A stretch of DNA of 64,000 nt from NCBI GenBank assembly GCA_963693365.1, contig CAVNZM010000011.1:1596989-1660988 (forward strand). The letters run 5' to 3'. Of the stretch, positions 40,554-63,377 are shown in pieces. How positions within the stretch are numbered: position 1 is the first letter of the stretch; the number at the start of each line of letters is the position of its first letter. Both the position numbers and the translations under genes were made by a program. The notes beneath the pieces are model-generated. The model did no database searches and was not told the origin of the DNA. It saw nothing but the letters and a program-made list of their open reading frames with translations. The DNA comes from Amoebidium appalachense (Eukaryota > Protista > Ichthyosporea).

Positions 40554-41504
40554 ATGGCGCTTATCACCGAGGCACCGTACTTTCTGCTCAAGGAGGAGGT
40601 CGACAACCCAGACCTCGAAGCCAACATCAGGGCGCACCTGTTCCACCCCACCGTCATGATCGACTTCTCGACCAGGAGCGCCATGGAGGTGATCACCCTG
40701 GACATCGTAGCCCTCTTCTCACGCGATCTGAACCAGTCCATCACCGTCAAGCTGCCCCCCGGCCTCCGCCACCTGTGCATAACGAGCGCATGGGACGACC
40801 AGTCGGAGAAGGGCGACCGTCTGATCCAACTCAACAGGTCAGAGCTCTTCGAGGCCGACGCCGCACTGCACCTCGTGGGCTTCGACGCCTGCACGGCGCT
40901 CGAGACCGTCGATGTCACCTTCTACGGTGACCTGTTCATCGAGGGCGTCATCGCGAACGCCTCTGCCGTCCAGTTGTCCGCGTGCTTCGTCCGCGGTCGC
41001 ATCTCAAACTGTAAGACCGTGCGCATCACACACGTCGACACCGACCTGCCCAGCGACGACGAGGACACCTACACCGACCCCGCGCCCCCCGTGCTCTTCA
41101 TCCGCGCAGTCCAGCGCCTGACCATGACGAACCACTTCACCCCGTGGCGCGCCTACGACATGGAGACCCTGGTCGCTGTCCGCGCAGTATGGACCGCGTC
41201 GTTCATGCGCGCTATCCGCACCCTGTGCAGGCTGCGCCACCTGTGCATCGTCTGGATCGTTGCAAGTCCTTACCACCCGCGCGTCCGCGGCATGTGCCTT
41301 CCCGAACACCCCTCCTTCCTAGTCATGGAGGGCTTTGCAAGCGTCTCCTTGGACACGGAGTGCGCGCCTCGTCCGCGCCTCATCACCCCCATCACGTCCG
41401 ATACCGTCGTCGTCGAGCTCGCCGGCGAGAAGTGGAGGGTCGGTGAAACGGCCCAGTTCTACGAGGTCGCACACGGCCTGTTTGCACGCGCGCCGCAGGC
41501 TTGA
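40554..41504 (+). CDS. Hypothetical protein, possibly degenerate LRR-like
   Basis: LPPGLRHLCI, LETVDV, LCRLRHLCI; TGACGTCA and ATTGG boxes upstream. Confidence 0.65.
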   Translation: MALITEAPYFLLKEEVDNPDLEANIRAHLFHPTVMIDFSTRSAMEVITLDIVALFSRDLNQSITVKLPPGLRHLCITSAWDDQSEKGDRLIQLNRSELFEADAALHLVGFDACTALETVDVTFYGDLFIEGVIANASAVQLSACFVRGRISNCKTVRITHVDTDLPSDDEDTYTDPAPPVLFIRAVQRLTMTNHFTPWRAYDMETLVAVRAVWTASFMRAIRTLCRLRHLCIVWIVASPYHPRVRGMCLPEHPSFLVMEGFASVSLDTECAPRPRLITPITSDTVVVELAGEKWRVGETAQFYEVAHGLFARAPQA

Positions 41505-41911
41505 CCACACACGCACACACACCATGTACATTTAACTACACACACGCGGGGCTGGCCCCCGCCTTCACAACACACAAACTCAATAAACGTCTGTTTGTAT
41601 TTTTATTGGTGCCACACGTATGGCGTATCGCTGGGAATACAAGCTCAAGGAGGACGCCAGGCAAGGCCCCCGTCATCCAGGCCACGGTTGTCCCCACAGA
41701 GGAAACGCAACGCCACACCGAGCGCGAGAAGCAGCGCTACGCCAGGGAGCTCGCGGACAAGGGCTACATCGACCTGCCCGACGAGCTCGCGCGGAAGTGC
41801 GGGTTCAAGCACTGGGTGCCCAAGAACCAGGCCATGACCGCGATTGTCATGCAAAGGATGTTAGAACCCGATGACGAGCCGGAGCCGCCCATGGAAAATA
41901 AAGAGAACTAG
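41501..41911 (+). CDS. Hypothetical small protein (5' part possibly frameshifted)
   Basis: C-terminal half has viral codon bias; AATAAA near the stop. Confidence 0.4.
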   Translation: MTTHAHTPCTFNYTHAGLAPAFTTHKLNKRLFVFLLVPHVWRIAGNTSSRRTPGKAPVIQATVVPTEETQRHTEREKQRYARELADKGYIDLPDELARKCGFKHWVPKNQAMTAIVMQRMLEPDDEPEPPMENKEN

Positions 41912-42142
41912 GCAGCGCGACAGATCAGGGGGGATGTTGTGGCTTTGATTGGTGCAAGGTCTTTGGATGTGACTTCTGATTTCCGATTGGTGGATCTTGT
42001 GTTTGCTCTTTAATTGGTTCTTGATTGGTTGACGGGTGTGATCTGATTGGCTTGATGCTTGCGCGACATCCGGTATAAAAGCTTACCACACAAGAACAGG
42101 CCACCAGTTCGCATTTCCAATTTCACATGAACATTCTGTGTT

Positions 42143-43015
42143 ATGAAAATGCCGGTGCGCATGGAACTGACCCGCATCGCCACGGAGGACGAGCTCACGA
42201 GGTACCTAGACCGCAAATTTGAATGCGTTACAGAATCCACGGCCGATGGCCGGGATTGGTCGTGCCTAATTGAGTCGAGATGGGACCACGCACACAGGGT
42301 GGCTATTCCCATTCTGTCAAACGGACAGATCAGTGTCCAGAGTGTTGGTGTAAATGGCATGACTCGTTATGAGCGCGACGAACGTTCCATGCGCGGCTAC
42401 ATCAAACTGTACAAGCCCGGACACCCCGTTACCGACCCGACCCTCAGCGAATACTACTATGAATTCGACACCACGCTCAGCGACAGCGAGGCCGGCATGG
42501 GGTATGGTTACAGATGTGAACGACGGCCCCCCGTATACGCCACCAAGCCGACCAGAGACGGATGGGTTTTCTGGAACGTTTTTGGGGATCCCAACTTGGA
42601 TGAAGTCGATGGTGTGGCGCCTGCCATCTCCAGGAAACCCTACTGGGTCATGCCCAGCCTCCTGTTTGAGAACGTCGTATGCACTACCCCATCCCCTGCC
42701 GCGCCTCCGTCCACCCTGCAAGAGGGTGCCTACCGCGTCGGGATCGAGCACGGTGCCCCCGTTTCGATGGCCCCCGGCGCTGTGGCCGCTCAAGACTTCA
42801 CCACCGCGCTTGACGACTGGGCCTCCGAGTGGCTCGACCCGTTCTTTGAGCGGGTCAACGTCCAGGTCGAGAACGCGGGTCTGCCGCTAAGGGACGCCGT
42901 GTTGGACACCGTCCACGCCCGCAACCGCACAACCGAGTTCTTCGGCCTGCCTCGCAGCCTGCGTAGAGGACCGACACCGTGGAACAACTCAGGCCATGTA
43001 GGACACGCACTTTGA
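42143..43015 (+). CDS. Hypothetical protein, paralog of 33,306-34,136
   Basis: Shared blocks as above; ATTGG cluster and TATAAAA (~42,074) upstream. Confidence 0.8.
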   Translation: MKMPVRMELTRIATEDELTRYLDRKFECVTESTADGRDWSCLIESRWDHAHRVAIPILSNGQISVQSVGVNGMTRYERDERSMRGYIKLYKPGHPVTDPTLSEYYYEFDTTLSDSEAGMGYGYRCERRPPVYATKPTRDGWVFWNVFGDPNLDEVDGVAPAISRKPYWVMPSLLFENVVCTTPSPAAPPSTLQEGAYRVGIEHGAPVSMAPGAVAAQDFTTALDDWASEWLDPFFERVNVQVENAGLPLRDAVLDTVHARNRTTEFFGLPRSLRRGPTPWNNSGHVGHAL

Positions 43016-43920
43016 AGACGGCTTGCCGTGGATTTGTCCTCCGCGGACAGGCCCGCTTGGGGTCTTGTGGGTTTCGTCCTAATAAATGCAGGTGACTGGT
43101 CACCGGTGGCATTTCTGTATCCGCTATTTTTGGAGGAATGTCATTTGTATATTGATAAACAATAAAACCCAGTGATCGTTGGTCAGTCGTGTCAATTTAA
43201 TCTTTTTCCTTGTGAAATGGACGTAGAAGTGTACAACCCAGGGTGTTATTGGTACGTGGGAGATCGCGGGCGGTTAGACAACATGCTGCGCAGCGCGCGT
43301 GCTCACTCTGGGACTGTGGTTCTTTCCGCGACGAGTGATTTGATTAGTGTGGAGTGGATCAAAAAAGCCGCTTTGTTGTGAACGCGTTGGCGAGCAGCCT
43401 GTCGATTCCAGATATATGTTGGAATGTCGGTGAACTCGTCGGTGTTTTGACAAAAACACAGTCTCGTGTACCGGAAGTCGTGGTGATTGCCAAGCGAGAG
43501 CCCTGGTGGGATCCACCTTTCAAAGGGGTGGGTCGTTTCAAGTTGATACGGGTGTAGCACCTGAAAGTATTTTCTGTGCGGTTTCCGTCTCGGTGAATTG
43601 TGTGGATGTGGTGTATGTATATGCAAGCATTAGTGGCAACAGTATCCACAGCCAGCGAATCATGAAGTTGTCGCATAATGGGTCCAGTATTGGGTGGGAC
43701 CCGGTTTTTTGCTTCAGTGATCTGTTTATTCTATGAACGTCACATGATATCAGCGTCAACCAGAACAGGACGAATGAGATGGCGGACGCGACTACCCAAG
43801 GCCACATTGTGCACTTGTACCAATAAAAAGAGGAAGCCTGTGTCTGTCGCGCGATACGACCCTTCACAGCACCGCCTGGGCCTTTTTTTATCGATCCGTA
43901 TCTAAATCGGATCTGGTTGG

Positions 43921-44100
43921 TCCGCCCGGTTTGACCGCTGATCTAATTGGTCCGCCCGGTATGACCTCTGATCTGATTAGTCCGCCCGGTTTGACCGCTG
44001 ATCTAATTGGTTTGTGTGTTTTGACCGTTGATCTGATTGGTCCATCCGGTTTGACCGTTGGTCTGATTGGTTCGCGTGGTTTGACCGCTGATCTGATTGG
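43921..44100. repeat. Six 30-bp tandem units with ATTGG (CCAAT) boxes
   Basis: Consensus TCCGCCCGGTTTGACCGCTGATCTRATTGG, exact 30-bp period. Confidence 0.92.
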
Positions 44101-44417
44101 TCCCGAACGCCGCGGTAATCACCATAATGGGAAGCATGTGTGGTGGCGTGCTTTTTGCGTGGTTTGGTTGGTTGTTCACTCGGCGAACTTTATTTTTTTT
44201 TTTTGCAAAGCGAAACGCGAGGCCACTTGATTGGCCAGACGAAATAATCACTCCAAAAAACGTGAAAGGCGAGCCCTTTAATTGGCCAAGCGAAATTAAA
44301 GCATTGTTTTAATTGGCTATGTTTCTGCTGAGTTGAACCCTACGTGATGCGCATTGGTTCGTTTTGGTGGTTGCGCTAACGCAGATGTTTATAAGGACTC
44401 TTCGCGTCGCAGAAGCC

Positions 44418-44567
44418 TTCTGTTTTCCATCGTGAACGAGCCGTGTTGTAAGCGTCCTTTTTTAGAAGAGACTTTTTTTCTGTTTTCCATCGTGAACGAG
44501 CCGTGTTTTAAGCGTCCTTTTTTTAGAAGAGATTTTTTTTTCTGTTTTCCATCGTCTACGAACCGTG
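44418..44567. repeat. ~60-bp tandem repeat, 2.5 copies
   Basis: TTCTGTTTTCCATCGTGAACGAGCCGTG...AGCGTCCTTTTTTAGAAGAGA. Confidence 0.9.
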
Positions 44568-44645
44568 ACATGTAGCGACACAAAATTTCGGTGTTTGATT
44601 GTGTTTTTAAGCCCGTTTGGAATCGTTCGTGTTAACGGGTTCACA

Positions 44646-45656
44646 ATGGCTTCTATTCGCTATGCTCGTGTCTCCGGGACTTTTCGGGTTATTATTGATT
44701 TCTTTGATGCACTGGAAACAAGACCCTCCCACAAGCGTGACCCGAGCATGCAAAGCCACATGCGGATTTCCCTGCCTTCCCTTGCCAGATTGTGGCGTCA
44801 CGCACAGGTCCTCGCGGTGACTAACGAAACTGTCGTCGATTCGATTGACGAATATGATTTTTTGTTGGATAAGTTGCTCGACGTTTGTGCACATCTCACC
44901 CTCGACACCTCTGGTATAGCAACAATTGGTGTTCGTGACTTCCGGTTGTGTTTGAAAAAAATCGATGCCGATTCTATTTTTTCTCCCGACGTCGAAGTAC
45001 ATCGCTCCTACAAAGCTGATTGGGATGACGTTGTTGGCAAATGCATCGCGTTCATGACATATCGTGACAGTGCTCTATACGACCAAGACCCGTGGCCTGT
45101 GACCGATGAAGACAAGAAGGTTTTCAGTTGTGTGTTGGCCGAGTATTCGTATTTGTATGCCCTTACCTCCGCCGTGAATGCCCAGAAGAAGGACGAGATT
45201 GGGGCCCTTTCTCGTCAGATTAAAGTGCTACAGGCACAGAAATCCAAACTCACAAGCGACGTGTACAACAACGAACAGCGTCTGAAGCGATATCACAACG
45301 TCGAGCCGAAAGAGTGTCATTTTGGTTGTGGTCTGCCTCGCCGACGCGGTTCTGGCGACTCCGTCAAACGACGTAAGAGTAGTTGTGACGATTTGGGTGG
45401 TGATGGTGGTGGTGATGCTCTTGCTTTGTATGTGGAGATGGAGTCTTTGGAGGAACATGTGCGTTTGGAACGTGTGCGTACATTGGCCTATTGCGAGTCA
45501 GGTGATGAGAGTGAAAGTGAAAGCGAAAGTGAAAGTGAAAATAGTGGTGATGACGACAATGGTGTATCTCTGGTTGTGTACCATAACACATCTCGTCCCT
45601 CTCTCCTTTTCCGTCCAAATATGAATGTACAATCCGATCATACCGAGGATGAATGA
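44646..45656 (+). CDS. Hypothetical protein with coiled coil and acidic tail; last ORF before the terminus
   Basis: Intron-less ORF from MASIRYARV; lower GC than the core viral genes. Confidence 0.65.
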   Translation: MASIRYARVSGTFRVIIDFFDALETRPSHKRDPSMQSHMRISLPSLARLWRHAQVLAVTNETVVDSIDEYDFLLDKLLDVCAHLTLDTSGIATIGVRDFRLCLKKIDADSIFSPDVEVHRSYKADWDDVVGKCIAFMTYRDSALYDQDPWPVTDEDKKVFSCVLAEYSYLYALTSAVNAQKKDEIGALSRQIKVLQAQKSKLTSDVYNNEQRLKRYHNVEPKECHFGCGLPRRRGSGDSVKRRKSSCDDLGGDGGGDALALYVEMESLEEHVRLERVRTLAYCESGDESESESESESENSGDDDNGVSLVVYHNTSRPSLLFRPNMNVQSDHTEDE

Positions 45657-45816
45657 CCTGTATATAGAAAAAACCGACACTCACCTTTTGGAATTTATAT
45701 GCTCGAATTTAGATCATTGATGCTGATCAGAATATGTGGATTGGGAATTGTTATACCCGTATTGTATGCTAAAATAAACCCCCGTGAAGTATATACAGAT
45801 CCCTGTTTCCAAATAA

Positions 45817-46072
45817 CCCCCCCCCCCCCCCCCCCCCGGCCCCCGGCCCCCCTGCCTCACGTGCCTCACGTGCCCCCTGCCTCGCGTGCCTCACGTGCCT
45901 CGCGTGCCCCCCCTGCCTCACGGGCCCCCCCTGCCTCACCTGCCCCCCCTGCCTCACCTGCCCCCCCTGCCCCCCCCTGCCCCCCTGCCCCTCCTGCCTC
46001 ACGTGCCCCCCCTGCCTCACCTGCCCCTCCTGCCTCACGTGCCCCCCCTGCCTCACGTGCCCCCCCCCTGCC
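45817..46072. repeat. Subterminal C-rich minisatellite (CCTGCCTCACGTGCCCC units)
   Basis: Direct reading. Confidence 0.9.
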
Positions 46073-46080
46073 CGGGTCAA

Positions 46081-46319
46081 GACTTAGCTCGTGTAGACTT
46101 AGCTTTTCTCTCTCTCTCTCTCTCTCGTGTAGACTTAGCTTTTTTCTCGACTTAGCTTTTTTCTCTCTCTCTCTCTCTCGTGTAGACTTAGCTTTTTTCT
46201 CTCTCTCTTTTCTCTCTCTCTCTCGTGTAGACTTAGCTTTTTTCTCTCTCTCTCTCTCGTGTAGACTTAGCTTTTTTCTCTCTCTCTTTTCTCTCTCTCT
46301 CTCGTGTAGACTTAGCTTT

Positions 46320-46350
<31 letters not shown>
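46081..46350. repeat. Subterminal array of ~8 GACTTAGC cores (mostly CGTGTAGACTTAGC) separated by T/(CT)n
   Basis: Direct reading. Confidence 0.9.
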
Positions 46351-46531
46351 TGGCCACTTTCCCACTTAGAAGTGGGTAATGCTGTATCGTTTGTTTTGTC
46401 TCTTTTTTTTTCTCTTTTTCAATTTTTAAGTGGAAAAAGTGGGAAGTGGGAAATAGATTGATCGCGATCGGATCGGAGATGGTTTGGTGTGGTGTGATCT
46501 CAAAGTTACCAGGCCACGTGACTAGTCCAAT

Positions 46532-46994
46532 ATTGGATTGGGCGATGGACTTGGTAAGGGTCGAATCGAATCGCGAAGGGCCGCCAGGCCCGGAGCCCGG
46601 AGCCCGGAGCCCGGAGCCCGGAGCACGGCGCCCGGCCCGCCCGGGGTCTGGGGGGACGGGGTCCGGGGGGACGGCGTGGGGCAGGGCGGCCCGGGTCTGG
46701 GGGGACGGGGTCCGGGGGGACGGGGGGGAGTGGATGATGGGGCAGGGCGGCCCGGGTCTGGGGGGACGGGGTCCGGGGGGACGGGGGGGAGTGGATCATC
46801 CACTCCCCCCCGTCCCCCCGGACCCCGTCCCCCCAGACCCGGGCCGCCCTGCCCCACGCCGTCCCCCCGGACCCCGTCCCCCCAGACCCCGGGCGGGCCG
46901 GGCGCCGTGCTCCGGGCTCCGGGCTCCGGGCTCCGGGCCTGGCGGCCCTTCGCGATTCGATTCGACCCTTACCAAGTCCATCGCCCAATCCAAT
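46532..46994. repeat. Long palindrome at the virus/host boundary; candidate opened hairpin telomere
   Basis: Right arm 46,798-46,994 (197 bp) is the reverse complement of the left arm; centre GAGTGGAT-C-ATCCACTC at 46,797. The left arm has one extra CCCGGAG and a 61-bp duplication. Confidence 0.9.
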
Positions 46995-47826
46995 GAGCTT
47001 CTGTTTTTTTTTCAGCACAGTGCTGGCCATGGTGCGCCGGCGAATATCAGGAAGGATATACACTGCATATAAAAGCTATATTAGGGTATATTTATTCACA
47101 GGGATTATTAATTTGGGGTACTTATTTCTTTTCTTTTTTTTTTTCTCTTTTTTTATTGCGATCCAATATCTTGGTAGCTGCGACTAACTGAGCACGAAAC
47201 ATAACGCAACAATTGTGGCATAGGCCTTGAGCACTGGTACTGTACACATACCACCGGGCCCGCGGCCTCGGGCCGAAGTCTGAGAAAGTATACTATGTAC
47301 GTACGCCGCACGAAAATATGTCGGCTCCCAAATTGACAAAAGAATTGATGTAAGGCAACAAAACAAGAGAGAGTGAGTGAAAAACATATTAGTTGTGCTC
47401 ATTTTTTAGTCACGAGTCCACGACTCACGAGGGCAATGTTTTTGGAGCCTTTTTGACCAATCAAAGACGCTGAAGAGGCAGAGACATAGCACACGGGAGG
47501 CTTTATCGTATATTTACGAAAATGAGATCAGTTATCCTGCATGAGGCTGGTGATCAATCAGTTTTTTTGGGTTAAGACTGTCCCAATAATGTCATTTTTA
47601 AAAGCTTCTAATTATACACAACAGAATTATTAATAGGAAGCCTTTTTTGCTTTGCTTTGAGCTAATCTATTGTCTGACTTCATAGTCTACAAATCTGGAG
47701 AGATTATCCCTGTTTTAAACCCCAAGAAATTATGAAGCTCTAGTAATACCCGTATTTCATTCGATTCCCGTGTTGATTTCCGTGTTTACTCCTTGGCATG
47801 CGTACTTGGGTGAAAACTTCGCGCAG

Positions 47827-47835
47827 GTATAAAAG
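47827..47835 (+). promoter_or_regulatory. TATA box of host HPPD gene
   Basis: GTATAAAAG ~110 bp upstream of the ATG. Confidence 0.5.
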
Positions 47836-47936
47836 GTGTTCATCTTCCCACAACAAGACATCATTTTGGTGCCAGTTTCGTTGCTGTGCGCGACCCTCGC
47901 CTTTGCACCTTCCCTTCTTCGCTCAAATATCAGAAA

Positions 47937-50947
<3,011 letters not shown>

Positions 50948-52358
50948 GAGCCGTCGTCCTAAAGAAACCTAGTGTGGTCTCTAGTGGATATAGTGAATGA
51001 GTCAACGCGTGTAGCTTTTTTTTCAGTTACTGTATAGATTAGGGGTGCCTGGCGTCCCCTGTAAGGCTAGGGTCCGTGCGTGGTGCCTGGTGCACCCTGA
51101 CCTGACGGTCTGACCTCTCGTTGCGAAGTCTTTTGCATGTATGCTTGCAGGCCAGGTGGCCGGCTATTTTTTAGATTATGTATGCTCCTCCTGTTGAACA
51201 AAAACGGTGCAATGTAAGTGTTTGCAAACGTTGAGATAAATTTTGTAACAAGCAATTTTGAAAGCCACATGCACGCCATCCCATCCTCTACCCACAAACA
51301 CACACACACACACACAAGTGCACGTGGCCACCACAACCACAAGCACCGGAAGAGAAAACACTTGCACTAGAGTGTGTCTGCCCACGTGTACATGCTATAC
51401 GCACCCTGCTTTTGCTCCCCCCGGGGGGGGTTGAGGGTGGGGGTCGGGTGGTGGTGGTGTGGGGGTGGGGTGGGATGTGGTGCACGTGCACATGCTATGT
51501 ATAGGCACCCTGCTTTTGCCCCCCGGGGGGGGGGGGGGGGGGGGGGGGGGGGTATATTTTTCTCGCTACCGGAAAGATTGAGATAAGACCTGTTCGCTGT
51601 GTACAGCGTGCCTTGTAACATGGCACGCATATGGGCTACCTCAAGACATTGCACCCGGTGACATTATTGCCGGCTGATCTCACCAACCCTAACATCCACT
51701 TCCACCTAACCTCCAAAAATTTAAAGGTTTGCAATAGGGCCTCACCCTCCCCACTCCCACTCCCACCCCCACCCTCACCCTGCCACGCCTATTGGATTCC
51801 GTGCGGGTAGAACCATGAGAATATCTCTGAAAACATGCATGACTTGTTACCTTTTGTGTGTGCGTTCATGGGTGTGTGTGCGTGCAACCCTTTGTCGGGG
51901 GCCCCGGTGGAGAGGGGGGGGGGGGGGGGGGGGGGGGAGGGAGGGGGATGGGGCGGCATTTTCCCACACACGGGCATGCAATGCCCTAGGCATGCTGTTG
52001 TGGCGCGTTTTATTGCACGCACACAGTCACTGCCTGTTATGGCATTGCAAACCACTCGATACACACTAGAAATCCGACTCTTGGGTGTGGTGCCTTGAAA
52101 GGAAATTTATAATCAATGATTACTTTTTGCTTGATGTAATTCTGCAATTAGCAGTTTTGGACAGGCTAGGTTTAAAGTTTCCATCTAGCTAGATAGCTCT
52201 ACGGAGGAGCACGATACTTTTGAAAAATTATCCAAAAAGTTGGGGAAATCCCGCTTTTTGCATAATAATGCTACTTTTTGCAGAATAACTGAGCTTTGGG
52301 CCAGTCTAGGAATCCGATCCAATTAATCAGCGGCTCGTGTAGTGGGCCCCTGTAACAA

Positions 52359-52416
<58 letters not shown>

Positions 52417-53292
52417 CCACATACATACGGCATACCGTAACTGTGTGTACACATGATCACATGCATGCACACAGCTGTACCAGCACATACCCATTTTATC
52501 TCCAACCAATATGAACAGTAAGCAAAGTGCCGCGGGGCGGCGGCCATGCCATACTTTGCTTCTCAGGCAACAACCAATCATGTGATAAAATCTAACTGAT
52601 GCACATCGAATAAGTTTTACAGCAAAAATGACAAAACAGTCGTACTATCACCGAGCACCAACAAATGGGTTTGCCTGTTTATTGTTTTTTTAATGAACCA
52701 CTACCATCTTCGTGATAATATCAAAGTTTCACATATGTGGATCACGTGTCATGCAAAGAATTTTGTGCACTCCAACTCTTACAATTGCACACCGTAATAT
52801 ATTAATCAGCGTTAAATTAAGTGCTTGCCCCGATCAATGGGGTCACATATAAGTAGCTTGTCTCCATATCTCATCGGCTCAGACCTATTTTTGAGGCACA
52901 GAGCTATTTATAGGGCACACATCTATCATCAGCACCATGCGCATTTGCTGAGTGCCATAGACCTTACTTCGGTTAGCTGGTATACTGTCGAGCCCACCTA
53001 TGCAGTTTCTCACATCACTGTTAAAAGGGAAATAGACCACCAGCATAATAAGCAGATGTCGAAAGTTGTTTACAGGCACAATCGCGTATTGCGACCCCAC
53101 ATTATGCTGGGGTTCAATTCACCAGACATCTGTTCCTATTCCATGTTTACGAGATGGGTCATGCATACCAGATGGCCGAAATATATACCACCATCACTGC
53201 ACGCCTGTGGCGCCAACATACTAAAACCACTGCACATCTATTAACAGCGCTATAGCCTATTTTTAGTCTAGTTGCTGATGCTGTTGGCCCAA

Positions 53293-62627
<9,335 letters not shown>

Positions 62628-63108
62628 AGTTACAGGAGAACTCTCAAAGTTCGCTAAATGTGGGTAAGATGGAAAAAATTGCGTTAGCTTTGACTTTTCC
62701 TTTGGCTTGCTAATTGGGAAAACGGTAGTCACTTTTCTGAAGGGTGTAACAGAGAGGTTTACAGTGAACTTCGTACGGCATGAGCAGAAGGTGAGTTCTT
62801 CCACTGAGTGTGTCTGTGCGTGCCGGCCGGCTTGTTTATTTGGGAAACCAGTTATCCAATCAAAACGGTTCCCGCCGTGGCGCCAAAAAGTCCAAAAAAA
62901 GAACACTGTATCACATTTTGATTCGCTAACGATTCCTATTGGTAGACGCGGATGACAAAGGCGCAAAATCACCTAATTGGGTAAACTGCAATTTATTTTC
63001 CCCAGGCTCCGTGTGCACCTTACGTCACACCTTGGGCACTTGTGAGTGACTTGTGCCTGTGAGCCTGAACTGAGAAAAAAAGGGAGGAGCCAAAAGTGCA
63101 GGTTTTCA

Positions 63109-63141
<33 letters not shown>

Positions 63142-63377
63142 TAACAAAACCAACCCTGCTCTCCTTTTTTAATTATCACTTTTGTATTACGCTGTGCCCA
63201 GGTATGCACAGCGCTTTCCACAATCGGTCAAGACACCAAACACACAACGATAACACACATTCTCAGTTGTGCTCAGACATCGGGTACACACTATCTGCCA
63301 GCCACCCGAGAAACATTTAAAAAGTCCGCCATAAATAAACGTGCTCATCATATCTTTTATTCCAACAAGCAGACAAA

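Larger units (their letters stand above)
1..46994. mobile_element. Giant endogenous viral element (Nucleocytoviricota-like), right-hand part; left end outside window
   Basis: Tightly packed intron-less ORFs with NCLDV-type motifs (A22-like resolvase, A16/G9/J5-like Cys pattern, penton-like proteins, SF3 helicase, Bro-N-like, SWIB). Abrupt switch after the 46,532-46,994 palindrome to AT-richer, intron- and microsatellite-rich eukaryotic DNA. Confidence 0.88.

Noticed and set aside
43921-44100. CRISPR-like array
   Set aside because: Units are contiguous with no unique spacers, and there are no cas genes.
46526-46994. TCCAAT as target-site duplication of a foldback transposon
   Set aside because: The right copy is part of the palindromic arm itself, so it is not a clean flanking duplication; kept only as the alternative hypothesis.
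45699-47072. ORFs across the subterminal repeats and palindrome
   Set aside because: Open only because of GC-rich low-complexity sequence; mirrored on both strands.
51067-53200. Additional host gene between HPPD and the Myb gene
   Set aside because: Some exon-like patches, but no consistent spliced protein could be assembled by eye.
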